Assembly: GCA_001804705.1 (NCBI GenBank)
Contig: MHAY01000010.1
Span: forward strand, 1,066 to 65,065
DNA from: Ignavibacteria bacterium RIFOXYC2_FULL_35_21
Lineage (GTDB): Bacteria > Bacteroidota > Ignavibacteria > Kapaibacteriales > UBA2268
Direction of reading: 5' to 3'
DNA: 64,000 nt
This document shows positions 19,601-29,427 of the stretch, piece after piece (positions within the stretch are counted from its first letter, which is position 1; each line of letters begins with the position of its first letter). The position numbers were made by a program, and so were the translations under genes. The notes beneath the pieces are model-generated. The model did not search any database, was not told where the DNA came from, and was given only the letters and a program-made list of their open reading frames with translations.

Positions 19601-21523
19601 TGATGGCATATCGAAACATAAACGGAAATGAGCATGTGTGCCTTGATGCAAAAATCCCGCAGGTGCAGTAAAGCTGACTTCCTGTCCCGGAGGAGTCGGT
19701 GTTGCACTTCCCCATCCTGCCGGAATTGACGGCGGCTGAGCTGATGCTATGAGGATTGATGATATTAACGATTTGAACCTGACATAAAGAACATCCGTCA
19801 TGTCCATGCCTGCGTTCAGCTTAAATTGGTAACAGCAGTTCCCCTGGTCATTCGGAGTCGGTTCTACTTTTTCATAATCCATCTTCAATGTGTCACAATC
19901 GTTGGTCGTTTCACATTTTATATCGATTGTATCAATGCAAACAGGGCCCCCGGCAGGGTCAATATAAGTTACTTCCAATTGGAAATCACCTGTACCGCCT
20001 GTTATATCGTAACAGATTCTGAAAGAATCGTGTATTCCTGCATGTAAATAACTGCCCGGTGCCAGAAATGAAACCGATTGCCCCGGAGGTGTTGGTGTCG
20101 CACTTCCCCATCCTGTAGGACTCGATGGAGGTTGAGCCGATGAAATCTGAACAGCAGCACTTAATGATGTGAATTTGACATATTGAACAGTTGGAAAATC
20201 AATGCTTGTTGTAAGCCTGAATTGATAACAACAATCACCGATATCATTATCATTTGGAGTTACTTTCTCTTTTTCCATATTCAGGCTGTCGCATTTGTCT
20301 ATTGTTTGACAATGAATCAAAGCTGTATCGAGGCATATTGTATTATTATTTGCATCGAGGTATTTGATAACAACGTCAAATGTAGATACACCGGCAGGTA
20401 AATTGAAACATAATTTAAATAGTTCATGCGCGCCTGAAGGCAAGCCGGGTCCCGCTCCTATAATGCCAGGTGTCGCGAATTTCACCGAGTTTGGTGGAAT
20501 AGGACTTGCTGCCCCCCATCCTGTTGGTGATGAAGGAGGTAAAGCAGTGCCAATTGTTACAGCAGAATTTATTGGTGTAAACTGAACATGTGTAAGGCCG
20601 GGGTAATTCCTATCAGCCTGAAGTTTGAAAGTATAACAACAATCCCCCTGGTCGTTTGCATTTTTTGTTACTGATTGAGGATAAATAATCAATCCGGCAC
20701 AAATATCGCATGTTAATGGAATTGTATCTGCACATATTATTCCACCATCCCTATTGGTATATGTTATTTCCATTGGGAAAGTCGTTACACCGGCAGGCAT
20801 GAAAACGCATAGCCTGAAATTCTGATGGGTAGTTGGTGCTATTCCATTTGTCGGTGCCTGGAATTGTGCCCCATTTAACCAACTGCTTGCTGCTCCCCAT
20901 CCTGCAGGTGATGATGGAGATATCTTTGTTCCTACACTTACACCCGTATTCAAAGGCTTGAATCTTACATAAAATATTGATGTAAATTCAGTTTTTGCAA
21001 GTAATGAGAAGTTATAACAGCAATCTCCTTGGTCGTTCGGTGTTGGATTTGAACTTGTTGCAGTCATAATGAGGTTATCGCAACATAAATCCATATTGGA
21101 ACGTTCTGTCATGGTTGTACAAACAATCTGTTTGTTGCTCATTGCCCTGAACGTAAGATTCGGAGCACTTTGTAAATCACCCGAAAGGCAGAAATGGAAA
21201 TTCCCCTTGGTTGAATTATTAGGAATCGGGGTTCCTCCTGCAAACGTAAGTGTTGTAACGTTTGGATTAAATGATGTCGGACTAAATGTCCAGCCATCCG
21301 AATTTGCTGTAGAAGATACTCCGGCCCAACTGAAATAAAAACTGCCACCGCTTACTAATACCTGAATTTCATCTACAGGAGAACCTGTATTATTGGTAAA
21401 AGTAAATTTGTAGCAGTTACCACATTCGTTCGTTAATTCAACACTGCATTGTTGTTGCGAGAATGCAGAATTAATGCTGATTACCAATATAAATGCAATT
21501 AGCAAATAGAAGATTTTCTTCAT
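16637..21523 (-). CDS. T9SS-sorted 1628-aa protein with seven ~130-aa Cys-rich repeats
   Basis: Signal peptide; repeats G(D/N/E)CC...GWG...F(R/K)(L/I)C...(I/V)CxDT...C; C-terminal YPNP...SGAYYYTL CTD; AAGGAG RBS. Confidence 0.85.
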   Translation of the reverse strand: MKKIFYLLIAFILVISINSAFSQQQCSVELTNECGNCYKFTFTNNTGSPVDEIQVLVSGGSFYFSWAGVSSTANSDGWTFSPTSFNPNVTTLTFAGGTPIPNNSTKGNFHFCLSGDLQSAPNLTFRAMSNKQIVCTTMTERSNMDLCCDNLIMTATSSNPTPNDQGDCCYNFSLLAKTEFTSIFYVRFKPLNTGVSVGTKISPSSPAGWGAASSWLNGAQFQAPTNGIAPTTHQNFRLCVFMPAGVTTFPMEITYTNRDGGIICADTIPLTCDICAGLIIYPQSVTKNANDQGDCCYTFKLQADRNYPGLTHVQFTPINSAVTIGTALPPSSPTGWGAASPIPPNSVKFATPGIIGAGPGLPSGAHELFKLCFNLPAGVSTFDVVIKYLDANNNTICLDTALIHCQTIDKCDSLNMEKEKVTPNDNDIGDCCYQFRLTTSIDFPTVQYVKFTSLSAAVQISSAQPPSSPTGWGSATPTPPGQSVSFLAPGSYLHAGIHDSFRICYDITGGTGDFQLEVTYIDPAGGPVCIDTIDIKCETTNDCDTLKMDYEKVEPTPNDQGNCCYQFKLNAGMDMTDVLYVRFKSLISSILIASAQPPSIPAGWGSATPTPPGQEVSFTAPAGFLHQGTHAHFRLCFDMPSGVTTLPMEIAYLNRDGKEVCIDTVPLVCEAVKCNVEWRAERVPADNKNLKGDCCYTVALIVPTAVPGVAFVNFIPLNPGVTIATALPAYSPAGWGTAVIVPPNGVKFHTPDTAGANLPNGVHKYFRLCFNLPAGVTTFPVEVQFTDANGQVICKDTLLMDCEKKGCEFEVVGERLQVNTPATTANNLGDCCYVYKLIAHTDFPGVFYLNFMPVNPGVQITYASTPAMAPGWGSSTPNPPNGVRYLTPGLPSGVHGIPAGIHEYFRICFDLPANVGTFQMLVTMTDRDGKVICVDTVDVKCGEGEGTCKDLKMNSIPYSPTPNDPIKGECCQSFMFTATADFPNIYSVHFDSPSATIVGAVGPSGWAGPNPVPPTNGVTWNVPIPPGMLTAGNHGPFKLCFELKDGVTTFPVIITFVDQNGNVVCKFKHLISCKDCCDKFDTIDIKLRNIRQLPIRQGRYIWLQNLLTATPGPIIRASATIVSAQIQTPTSTVAYHTYSDILGAKAFHPYWVPSGSIIPCPLGGPGTTPWNGLEGVFGTFRSEPFYSREVIWGDYRHVLSSVVLNNANMELLIEFPPITSRTGDRIKFIVRYEFTDTNCCTCDKLVEYVIDRKFYSDNLTHGSAEKGKTGGKDVVQGQTAENDIYITMTDYQTGTLHIANTSGGAEAITITGVWLLPQYPVEIDSMHDNTSGNDAVKEDRTAKIDVNIGAGSSTDIALFYDNAVEKGLFNNTITLKLLYVDSPIDTITVTYENIYSRVTGGGGDQLALDNTANLQNLYTYALSITNANSYEEGIRSIELKTPTGADILAVGPTVDPQQVILNAYSIQGADNQLLPQVPASAEVSSILPGEAVKPIYVSLRGTGTVNIDFVTYNNNGEKMTEGSFPLVTSVIDLDDDNQNSDFAIINCYPNPTAGNVTFQFMAKHDLTNVSLEITDLTGRVVARVFDNNSIISGNHVVVFNTNKLSSGAYYYTLRSGNIARTGLLNIVK

Positions 21524-21751
21524 AAAACTATCTCCTTTAAAATATTAATGAAAAGAATTATAATGGCTCTTTTTAAAATCATGATAATTATTACAAACAG
21601 TAATAATACGGCCTCTTTTAGTTCATGTAAGTTTTTACATCCATGTTAATATAAGCATCCGGTACTTTGTGTAATTGACTTTTTAACCTAACTTTCCACA
21701 AATATAGAAAATTATATAGCTATTCGCTAAGACTAAAAATTTTATTATTAA

Positions 21752-21848
21752 TGAACTACTCCGCCACAAGTAGCGGAGTATCTAAATTTGTAATTTATAT
21801 TTTTCGCAGCAAACTGCTGAAAATTAAACCCACAATTGTGGGATTAAA
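21752..21848. mobile_element. Short non-autonomous palindromic element resembling IS200/IS605 ends
   Basis: TGAACTACTCCGC-N8-GCGGAGTATC hairpin, related hairpin TTTTCGCAGCAAACTGCTGAAAA, then CCCACAATTGTGGG. Family assignment is from memory. Confidence 0.5.
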
Positions 21849-22227
21849 ATTTAACGTATATTTACTGCGATTGTGAATAATATATAAATATTTGTAATAC
21901 CCGTATATCACAAGCTATACAAATTGTATATTCAATGTTTTTGAATTAATTTAATTTTTTTATGAGGAATAAGCACCTGTTTTTTACTTTTGTAAATAGT
22001 ATTTTCATACAAACATAACCTTAAGTAAATATAACTATTTTTTTTCTTAACATAAAAGAAATTATTTTGGGGTTATAAACTTTGTGGAATTATTTTTGCT
22101 TCTAAGTGTTTACTCAAATTTTAAAATTGAATAAATAATTATGGTTATTAAATGAACAATGTATTAAAAAATTTCATAAATTATATAATAATAATAGTAT
22201 TAACCCATAATAACAGGGGGTTGAAAA

Positions 22228-25200
22228 ATGAAACTCAACTTAAAAATATTTATAATAGTAGTCCTTTGCATTGTTTTAAATATAACAAATGCTAATGCAC
22301 AAGGCAGGCCGAATCCACCAACATTTCGAAATATAGCATTAGAAGGAACAGGCTCATACACACGTTTTAAGCTTGATTGGTCAATGCTATCAATGGATAC
22401 GAGTCAAATAACAAAATTCAAAATTTACAAAGCTGGTTTTTTTACAAACAATCCAAACCTATTAAGTTATTTTGCTACTGTTCTTAGATACGGCACAGAT
22501 ACTACATGGACAACCAATGTAAATCCGATTTATATTGGTGATTATTCTTTTTATATCACATCAATCAGAACTATAAGCAGTGTAGATTATGAAAGTTTTC
22601 CTTCAAATATTTTACAGGCAAGGTTCAAACAAGGCCATGTCGATGTAAATTTCACCACTATTCCACCAACGATAGGCTCTGTTGGGACTCTGTACCAATA
22701 TGATGCAGATGCATCATCGACTGACCCGGCACCGGTTAATTATGTGTTAACATCGGGTCCTCAGGCTATGTCGGTAGATCTAATGAGCGGACTTGTACAG
22801 TGGACTCCAAGTGTAACGGGCAGGTATAATATCATTTTAAATGCATTCTTGAATTTTAATCCGATTGGTTTGGCAGATAAAGGTAAATCGGATGGTGCCT
22901 TGTCCGATGAAATTCTTATTGACACATCTGACTGTGATGCAGACCAGTCATGGCTTCTTCTTATCAAATCATGCAACAATCCCACATATTTTTCAGGCAA
23001 TGTTGTTGATGAAAACGGAGACACAATCAGAGAAGGATTAATTACTGCTTACAGTGTCAATAGTCTCGATATTGATAGTATTTATTATGGAACAATAGGT
23101 TCAGACGGGAGATACCAGGTCGAAGTTCTCGAAGGTGCTTATAAATTGTCGGCAGAAGGTGAAACATTTTTTACGGAATGGTACAATGATAAACCGGATA
23201 TGAATCAGGCTGACTCTGCAATTGCACCTTGCGGACGCTCGACAACAGTAAACTGGGTGGTAACTAAAAAAGAAATCCCTCCCGATACCGTTTTATTCGC
23301 TTATGAACCCGTTACCGTTGACCTTCTTGGCAATCAATATATATATAATGGTTTTGCTATGGCTACAAGCGGAAGGGAAGTCAGGTATCACCTGGATGAA
23401 GCTCCGCAGGGTATGGAGGTTGACCTAATAACCGGCATTGTTATATGGACACCGTCACAAATCGGCAGATATTATGTTTCTCTAAAGGCTTACGTTTATG
23501 TCGATTCTGCAAAGTCGTATGCTTACAAGAATTTTTATATTCAAATCAGGTCTTGCTCTCAGGATTCTTATGTTAAGGGAACAGTAAAAGATAATGCAGA
23601 CAATGCAATCAAGCAGGGAAACGTTACTATTCATAGTGATGGTGGTATTGACTCAACCGGGATTTACTATGGAACAATTAATCAAGATGGTGCTTTTTTA
23701 GTTAAAATTGATGAAGGAAACTGTAAAACTTATGTAGATGGTGAAGGTTTCATTAGTCAATGGTATGACAACGAACCATCGAAAGACAGTGCCACTGCAG
23801 TTCCTTGCCCATGCGGCGATACAACCGAAATTAATCTAAGTGTAACGAGAACTGCTCCACTAAATCTGTCTATCATTTCTTCGCCATCAAATTCAACTCT
23901 TGTTGGCAGTTTATATAGTTATAATCCGATTGTAACTGGAAACGCAGAAAGAGAAGTGAGATACATGTTTATTGATAAACCGCAAGGTATGACGATTAAT
24001 AATCTGACAGGAGCGGTGCAATGGTCTCCATCGAATATCGGGGGGTACAGGATAATCCTCAAGGCTTATTTATATACCGATTCGGCTAACTCCTTCGCCT
24101 TGCAGGAATGGTGGCTCAAGGTCAGGTCCTGCACAGATGATACATATATGAGTGGAACTGTTAGGGATGAGAACAATAATCCAATTCCTACAGGAAGTGT
24201 GAGAATAGTAACCGAAAGTGGTATTGATTCACTTGGTTACTACATAGGAACAATTGAAAATGGAAATTACAGGGTATTGGTTGACGAAGGAAGATGCAAG
24301 GTTTATGCTGAGGGGCCAACGTTCAGGGGAGAATGGTATGAAGACAAAACTTCCGAACAAACAGCCACAGCCATAGATGTACCATGCGGTTCAACATCGA
24401 CCGCTAATTTCACAGTGCATATATTTACGAATTATACAGTCAGCGGAAGAGTTATTGATGAAATGACAGGGAATCCCATCGAAAATGCAAGTGTATATTT
24501 CCAGGGTTCTGATTTCATGGACAGTATTAATACAAATCAAACAGGTGATTATTCAATCTCATTATATGAAAAGAACAGTTACATAGCTTGGGCAAATGTA
24601 CCACAAAATCCAATGAATATTACTCAATATTATAGTCTGACGGGTAATATCACCGAAGCAACACCTGTTGAATTTTCAAATGATATTAATAATATTAACT
24701 TTGCATTAAAAATCGCACCACCTACAGATAACAGGATGTATGGCATAGTTGAAAGTGAGGATGGTGAACCAATTAAATCAATTGTACTGAATCTTACTGT
24801 ATTTCCTGCTGATACAAGCATTGCTTCGATGTTTGATGCAAGAACTTATTTAACCGGTAATAACGGAACTTATGAATTCCTGAATTTAGCCGAAGGAGAT
24901 TACCTGTTGCTAGCAATACCATATTCGGATAAAGCTGTACCCGGTTACTTCAAACAGGATTCAACTGCTGTACCGTCATGGCTGGATGCAACAATAATTA
25001 AAATTGTATCTGGTGAACTCAGTGGGCCCCATATTATTTCTTTGCCATTTACTTTACCAACAACAGGAAATGGCAGGATTTCCGGTATTATAACCGGAGA
25101 CATGCTTCCTGCGTTTTTGAAGCCTGACGACAGCCCGCTTGCTAAGGAAGCTGTCTCAGGTGCTGTGGTTATTTGTGTGGACGAAGGAAAAAATGAAAGA

Positions 25201-25653
25201 AAGTATAATTTGTCCAATTCAAAAGGTGTGTATAAACTCGACAGCCTCGAGGCAGGAGATTACCAAGTCAATGTTGATAAATTTGGCTATGGGCAATACA
25301 CATTCGATGTTACAATTGATAATGATAATCAATCTCATAATGTAGATGCCGAACTTTCCTTGCAAATTCCTGTTGGCATTTTTGATGATAAAGAATATTA
25401 TTATAATATAATAAGGATTTATCCGAATCCTTCAGAAGGACAATTTATTATACAAAGTGATATTGATATGAATAGTAAAGATATTTCACTGACTAATTTA
25501 TACGGACAACCAATAATACTTGAATACTATGGTATGGTAAATAATACAAATTCTATAATTATTAAGGCTGAAAATGTTTCACAGGGTTTATACTTTTTAA
25601 AGATTGAAAAAAAAGGAAATTCGTATATTCAACCTGTAGTAATTGTGAAATAG
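22228..25653 (+). CDS. T9SS-sorted protein with putative-Ig (cadherin-like) and carboxypeptidase-regulatory-like repeats
   Basis: Three units of PQ(G/A)M...GxVxW(T/S)P Ig plus GxVxD...WY beta-sandwich. C-terminal IYPNPS...GLYFLKI CTD. Confidence 0.82.
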   Translation: MKLNLKIFIIVVLCIVLNITNANAQGRPNPPTFRNIALEGTGSYTRFKLDWSMLSMDTSQITKFKIYKAGFFTNNPNLLSYFATVLRYGTDTTWTTNVNPIYIGDYSFYITSIRTISSVDYESFPSNILQARFKQGHVDVNFTTIPPTIGSVGTLYQYDADASSTDPAPVNYVLTSGPQAMSVDLMSGLVQWTPSVTGRYNIILNAFLNFNPIGLADKGKSDGALSDEILIDTSDCDADQSWLLLIKSCNNPTYFSGNVVDENGDTIREGLITAYSVNSLDIDSIYYGTIGSDGRYQVEVLEGAYKLSAEGETFFTEWYNDKPDMNQADSAIAPCGRSTTVNWVVTKKEIPPDTVLFAYEPVTVDLLGNQYIYNGFAMATSGREVRYHLDEAPQGMEVDLITGIVIWTPSQIGRYYVSLKAYVYVDSAKSYAYKNFYIQIRSCSQDSYVKGTVKDNADNAIKQGNVTIHSDGGIDSTGIYYGTINQDGAFLVKIDEGNCKTYVDGEGFISQWYDNEPSKDSATAVPCPCGDTTEINLSVTRTAPLNLSIISSPSNSTLVGSLYSYNPIVTGNAEREVRYMFIDKPQGMTINNLTGAVQWSPSNIGGYRIILKAYLYTDSANSFALQEWWLKVRSCTDDTYMSGTVRDENNNPIPTGSVRIVTESGIDSLGYYIGTIENGNYRVLVDEGRCKVYAEGPTFRGEWYEDKTSEQTATAIDVPCGSTSTANFTVHIFTNYTVSGRVIDEMTGNPIENASVYFQGSDFMDSINTNQTGDYSISLYEKNSYIAWANVPQNPMNITQYYSLTGNITEATPVEFSNDINNINFALKIAPPTDNRMYGIVESEDGEPIKSIVLNLTVFPADTSIASMFDARTYLTGNNGTYEFLNLAEGDYLLLAIPYSDKAVPGYFKQDSTAVPSWLDATIIKIVSGELSGPHIISLPFTLPTTGNGRISGIITGDMLPAFLKPDDSPLAKEAVSGAVVICVDEGKNERKYNLSNSKGVYKLDSLEAGDYQVNVDKFGYGQYTFDVTIDNDNQSHNVDAELSLQIPVGIFDDKEYYYNIIRIYPNPSEGQFIIQSDIDMNSKDISLTNLYGQPIILEYYGMVNNTNSIIIKAENVSQGLYFLKIEKKGNSYIQPVVIVK

Positions 25654-25693
25654 TTTTCTTATAGAATTAAACTTCTCAATAAAATTTTCTTAA

Positions 25694-25727
25694 AGTGATA
25701 GAAATTTAATAATTATTTTCTATCACT
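25694..25727. terminator. Stem-loop, probable terminator
   Basis: AGTGATAGAAA...TTTCTATCACT about 40 bp after the stop codon. Confidence 0.5.
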
Positions 25728-25842
25728 AAGAATTCTTTTATATGCTCAATCCATAAGATAACTTTCTAAAATAAATAATTAATAACCGAAATATTTTTCT
25801 GTGTATTTTTGCTGATGTTGTTATTACTCATTAGCTTAATAG

Positions 25843-28800
25843 ATGACTAGAGCAAAAATAATAATATTTCTGTTAATCATTTTCACTTTACTATCATACA
25901 AAAGCTCTTTCAGCCAGGACTGGAGAATTCAAGTTGATAGTTTGGATTACTATTTTAATAAAAACGATTTCGATAAAGCAAAAATATTTGCAGATAAAGC
26001 TCTTATTAATATTGAAAATTCCTCACAAAAAAATGATACAATCCACATAAATATTATTGAAAAAACAATAGATGTTTACCTTAATCTCGAGAACTTTGCT
26101 CAAGCTCTTGAATTATCAAAAAAGGACAGTTCGCTCACACTCGAAAAATATAAGAGAGTAAGTGAAAGACATGCCCAGGCGATTACAAGATTAGCTGTAA
26201 CATACAACATGCTGCAAAAGAATAAGGAAGCCGAGTCATCCTTTATGGATGCATTGAATATCAGGCGGCTAATTTACAAAACCGATGAACCGGCACTTGC
26301 ACAGTGCATGAATAAAACTGCTGAATTTTTGGATGAAATCGATAAAGTCTCAGAAGCCGAAAAGTTAAATACAGAAGCCATGGAAATGAGGCGGAGACTA
26401 TATAAAACCAACCATCCCGATTTGGCAGAGAGTATTAACAATGAGGCTTATTATCTTCAAAAACTCGGAAGATATAGCGAGGCTGAACCTTTTTTAATAG
26501 AAGCATTAAGTATTTATCGAAAATTAATGCATGAGGACATCCCGCTATGTATAACAAACCTTGCTTATCTTTATGAACGACTCGGGAAATATGACAAAGC
26601 AGAAACTTATTATCAGGAAGCGCTCACTATCAGAAGGGAAAAATATAAAAATACATTCCATCCTTCACTTGCAAATAGTATAAACAACATGGCAAGAATT
26701 TGCCGCCTTGTAGGAAAATATCAACAAGCTGAAACACTTTTCAAGGAAGCGCTGAATATGTACAGGCAAATAGTCAAAAGCGACCATCCTATTCTGGCTT
26801 TACTGATGAATAACATTGCAGAACTTTACTCTACAACTGGAAAATTCCCTGAAGCGGAACCATATTATAAGTTATCTCTTGAAATGAACAGGAGATTGTT
26901 TTCGCTGGATAATGCCTCTCTTGCAAATAGTCTGAATAATGTAGCCTCCTTTTATATGGAGATGCTCGGAAGATACAGCGATGCTGAACCATTGTTCAAA
27001 GAAGCCCTTGAAATGAACCGAAGATTATATAATGAAGACCACCCGGAATTAATAAAGACTATAAATAATCTTGCAAGATGCAACCAATTGCAAGGTAAAC
27101 TTCGTGAAGCCGAGCCACTTTATCAGGAAGCTCTTGATATGGCTCACAGGCTTTACAGCGGAGACAGCCCTGATTTAGCTAATTATATAACTAACACAGC
27201 ATCATTTTATAAATTAAGAGGTAATTACAAGAAGGCTGAAACTCTTTATAAAGAATCACTCGATATGGCACGAAGAATTTTTAAAGGAGACAATCCGGAA
27301 TTAGCAATCAGCATTAATAATATGGCATTTTTCTATTTGGATGCCGGAAACCCTGAAAAAGCAGAACCTTTGTACATAGAAGCTTATGAAATGAAAAAAA
27401 GGATATATAATGCGGACCATCCAAGTATCGCAATCAGTCTATGCAACTTAGCTTCTTTCTACGAGACTATAGGAATTAACGATAAGGCTGAAAAGTTTTA
27501 TATAGAAGCACTCGAAATGAGAAAAAGAATTTTTAAGACCGGCCATCCTGACCTTGCGAACAGCTTAAGCAATCTTGCTTTTTTATATGTTAACGAGAAT
27601 AAATACGATTTGGCAGAACCATTGCTCAAAGAAGCACTTGATATAAACAGAAGACTATACAAAATTGAAACACCTTTGCTTGTTAATAACATTTATAATC
27701 TTGCAAAATTATACGAAGATAAAAAAATGTATGCAGAAGCCGAGCCTTTATACAACGAAGCCTGTAACGACGTTCAAAAAATAGTAAATTCTTACTTCCC
27801 TTCTCTCAGTGAACGCGAAAAGGGACAATTTTGGAATACATTGAAAGGGTATTATGATTCCTACAATTCTTTCGCTTTAAAAAGAGTAAAAGATAATCCT
27901 GATATTACAGGCAATATGTATGACAATCAATTAGCCACCAAAGCATTGCTGTTCACTTCTATCAGTAAAGTGAAAAGGAGGATTCTGAACTCGAGAGATT
28001 CTTCATTGATTGAAAATTATAAGAACTGGGTTGCATTAAAAGAATATTTGGTCAGCCTCTACACATATACAAAAGATAGACTCAATAAAGAAAATATTAA
28101 CCTCGATTCAATCGAAAATGTGGCAAACGTTCTTGAAAAACAGATTTCTTTAAAATCCGAATTGTTTGCAGATTCTTATGAAAAAAAGAAAATAAGCTGG
28201 AGGACAATCCAGGCATTCCTTAAACCGGACGAAGCCGCAATCGAGATTATCAGATTCAGGTACCGCGAGAAAAACTTGACTGATACTATAATCTATGCCG
28301 CATTAATTGTCACAGAACAAACAACCGAACATCCCGAATTAGTCGTTATGGAAAACGGCAATAAACTAGAAGGGTGGCTCTATAACTTTTACCGTGAAAA
28401 CCTGAAATCAGTCAAGCATGATAAAGAATCTTTCAATTTATTCTGGTCAAAAATTTATGGCCACATCAAAGGTATTAAGAAAATTTATTTATCCACTGAT
28501 GGGATTTATAATAAAATGAATCCTCTCACTTTCATTGGGCCAAATGACAAGTACCTGCTTGAAGAACAGGACATACAGATTTGCAACAGCACCAAAGACA
28601 TTATCGTAAGCTATTACAAAACGCAGAAGGAAAGCAACCTGCTGAACAGCGCCGAGCTTTTCGGCAATCCCGATTTCATTTTATCATCCGAAGAAAAAAA
28701 AGATTCTCCCAAAAAAAGTAAAACAAAACAATCCGAAGATTATTCATTCATTAGCATTGATTCGGTATCGGGATTTAAGCTAAAGAGCCTCCCAGCTTCC

Positions 28801-29427
28801 GAAGACGAGATATTAAATATCGCAAAATTTCTTCATAGCAAAAACTGGATTGTTCACACACATCTCAGGGAAGATGCCTTAAAATCAGAAGTCAAATCGG
28901 TTTCGAATCCACGTGTTCTGCACATAGCCACTCACGGTATTTTTCTTCCTGATATAAAATCCGAGAGCGGGAATATTTTCGGTTTTGAAAATAAAAGATT
29001 ATTGGAAAATCCATTGCTCCGTTCAGGCTTGTTCTTTGCCGGTGCATCCGACTTTATCAATGACACAAGTTCCCGTTTAGCAGAAGATAAAAACGGGGTA
29101 CTTACATCTTATGAGGCTATGGACCTCGACCTCGACCATACAGAGCTTGTTGTTTTATCCGCATGTGAAACTGGCTTGGGAGAAATCAAGAATGGTGAAG
29201 GTGTTTATGGACTACAAAGGGCATTTCAGACTGCAGGAGCCAAAACTGTTTTGATGAGTCTATGGTCTGTCGGCGACGAATCCACAAATGAACTGATGAC
29301 CATGTTCTACGACAACTGGGTATCAGGCATGACCAAGCGCGAAGCCTTCCGAGAGGCACAGCTCGCAATCTTCAACAAATTCAAACAACCCTACATCTGG
29401 GGAGCATTTGTCATGGTAGGAGAGTAA
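25843..29427 (+). CDS. Exported TPR-repeat CHAT (caspase-like) domain protein
   Basis: Signal peptide; about 13 kinesin-light-chain-type 42-aa TPRs; HIATHG and LSACETG dyad motifs; W(G/A)AF C-terminus. Confidence 0.92.
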   Translation: MTRAKIIIFLLIIFTLLSYKSSFSQDWRIQVDSLDYYFNKNDFDKAKIFADKALINIENSSQKNDTIHINIIEKTIDVYLNLENFAQALELSKKDSSLTLEKYKRVSERHAQAITRLAVTYNMLQKNKEAESSFMDALNIRRLIYKTDEPALAQCMNKTAEFLDEIDKVSEAEKLNTEAMEMRRRLYKTNHPDLAESINNEAYYLQKLGRYSEAEPFLIEALSIYRKLMHEDIPLCITNLAYLYERLGKYDKAETYYQEALTIRREKYKNTFHPSLANSINNMARICRLVGKYQQAETLFKEALNMYRQIVKSDHPILALLMNNIAELYSTTGKFPEAEPYYKLSLEMNRRLFSLDNASLANSLNNVASFYMEMLGRYSDAEPLFKEALEMNRRLYNEDHPELIKTINNLARCNQLQGKLREAEPLYQEALDMAHRLYSGDSPDLANYITNTASFYKLRGNYKKAETLYKESLDMARRIFKGDNPELAISINNMAFFYLDAGNPEKAEPLYIEAYEMKKRIYNADHPSIAISLCNLASFYETIGINDKAEKFYIEALEMRKRIFKTGHPDLANSLSNLAFLYVNENKYDLAEPLLKEALDINRRLYKIETPLLVNNIYNLAKLYEDKKMYAEAEPLYNEACNDVQKIVNSYFPSLSEREKGQFWNTLKGYYDSYNSFALKRVKDNPDITGNMYDNQLATKALLFTSISKVKRRILNSRDSSLIENYKNWVALKEYLVSLYTYTKDRLNKENINLDSIENVANVLEKQISLKSELFADSYEKKKISWRTIQAFLKPDEAAIEIIRFRYREKNLTDTIIYAALIVTEQTTEHPELVVMENGNKLEGWLYNFYRENLKSVKHDKESFNLFWSKIYGHIKGIKKIYLSTDGIYNKMNPLTFIGPNDKYLLEEQDIQICNSTKDIIVSYYKTQKESNLLNSAELFGNPDFILSSEEKKDSPKKSKTKQSEDYSFISIDSVSGFKLKSLPASEDEILNIAKFLHSKNWIVHTHLREDALKSEVKSVSNPRVLHIATHGIFLPDIKSESGNIFGFENKRLLENPLLRSGLFFAGASDFINDTSSRLAEDKNGVLTSYEAMDLDLDHTELVVLSACETGLGEIKNGEGVYGLQRAFQTAGAKTVLMSLWSVGDESTNELMTMFYDNWVSGMTKREAFREAQLAIFNKFKQPYIWGAFVMVGE

